Shown piece by piece: positions 57,008 to 57,328 of a DNA stretch of 57,328 nucleotides. Below the pieces are notes generated by a model. The model was not told the origin of the DNA. It searched no databases and saw only the letters and a program-made list of their open reading frames with translations. The DNA lies in contig QZJN01000010.1 of assembly GCA_003599335.1 (NCBI GenBank), positions 1 to 57,328 on the forward strand, read 5' to 3'. This stretch comes from Candidatus Parcubacteria bacterium (GTDB lineage: Bacteria; Patescibacteriota; Minisyncoccia; SURF-38). The number at the start of each line of letters is the position of its first letter. Position 1 is the stretch's first letter. The position numbers were made by a program, and so were the translations under genes.

Positions 57008-57115
57008 CAAAACATTGCTGCGAGGCTTCATCTTTTATTGACAGACTAATATATTTATGCTATAATTTATTTACTCTATCTGTTCGTTTCAATTCAATCT
57101 ACGGAAAGGAGTCAA

Positions 57116-57328
57116 ATGAACCGCAAGCCGTGGTGGTTGATGTACTCTCTCGTGCTTGTTGGGTACTTGTATGTTTCGTGGCCGGTATTGCAATACACAA
57201 CCACGAACTACCAGTTCCTCGAGTACGAACACATCCCGGTGATGACCGTCCCGCAAATGAAGTCTGAGCTTGAACGCCTTGAACATCGGGTAAACAATCC
57301 TGGAGATCCAACCCAGTATTGCGAAAAC
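57116..57328 (+). CDS. Partial hypothetical membrane/exported protein (runs off the window)
   Basis: TTGACA-17-TATAAT promoter, SD GAAAGGAG, open frame MNRKPWWLMYSLVLVGYL... Confidence 0.65.
   Translation, partial: MNRKPWWLMYSLVLVGYLYVSWPVLQYTTTNYQFLEYEHIPVMTVPQMKSELERLEHRVNNPGDPTQYCEN

Noticed and set aside
1-57328. CRISPR array, rRNA, IS transposase or alternative genetic code
   Set aside because: No regularly spaced repeats, rRNA or transposase motifs were seen, and conserved genes such as gyrA and murD end at TGA, consistent with code 11.

Overview
This is a 57.3-kb bacterial chromosomal segment using genetic code 11. It is most likely from a Patescibacteria/CPR (Parcubacteria-like) genome; this is an inference from the tandem VirB2/TrbC-like pilins, N-terminally short IF2, compact ValS, dispersed tRNAs mostly lacking encoded CCA, and many orphan genes. 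The core backbone includes recG, murA/murC/murD, tsaD, valS, gyrA, rpsA, ftsH, rplS, an RluA-family synthase, rbfA, infB, trxB, an HtrA protease and 15 tRNA genes. Small self-contained accessory cassettes are interspersed. Two items stand out. (1) A retron-like reverse transcriptase (48188-49105; YLDD, NILRH, ITG) has almost no room for an upstream ncRNA, but is followed by a separately promoted and terminated, ~400-nt GC-rich, highly base-paired putative RNA (about 49167-49570) with alternative long-range folds. (2) A ~130-150-bp element lies behind two different tRNAs (Ser-TGA and Leu-TAG). Both copies share an identical 27-nt hairpin and a covarying stem, yet each carries antisense and direct copies of its own tRNA's 3' end. 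Also seen: two leader-peptide attenuators, a pilin array with a pilin-peptidase fusion, a Met-rich prepilin-like redox/cupredoxin operon with a candidate XRE operator, and a split between leaderless-looking core genes and Shine-Dalgarno-led accessory genes. All calls come from reading motifs by eye; no database searches or folding programs were run.
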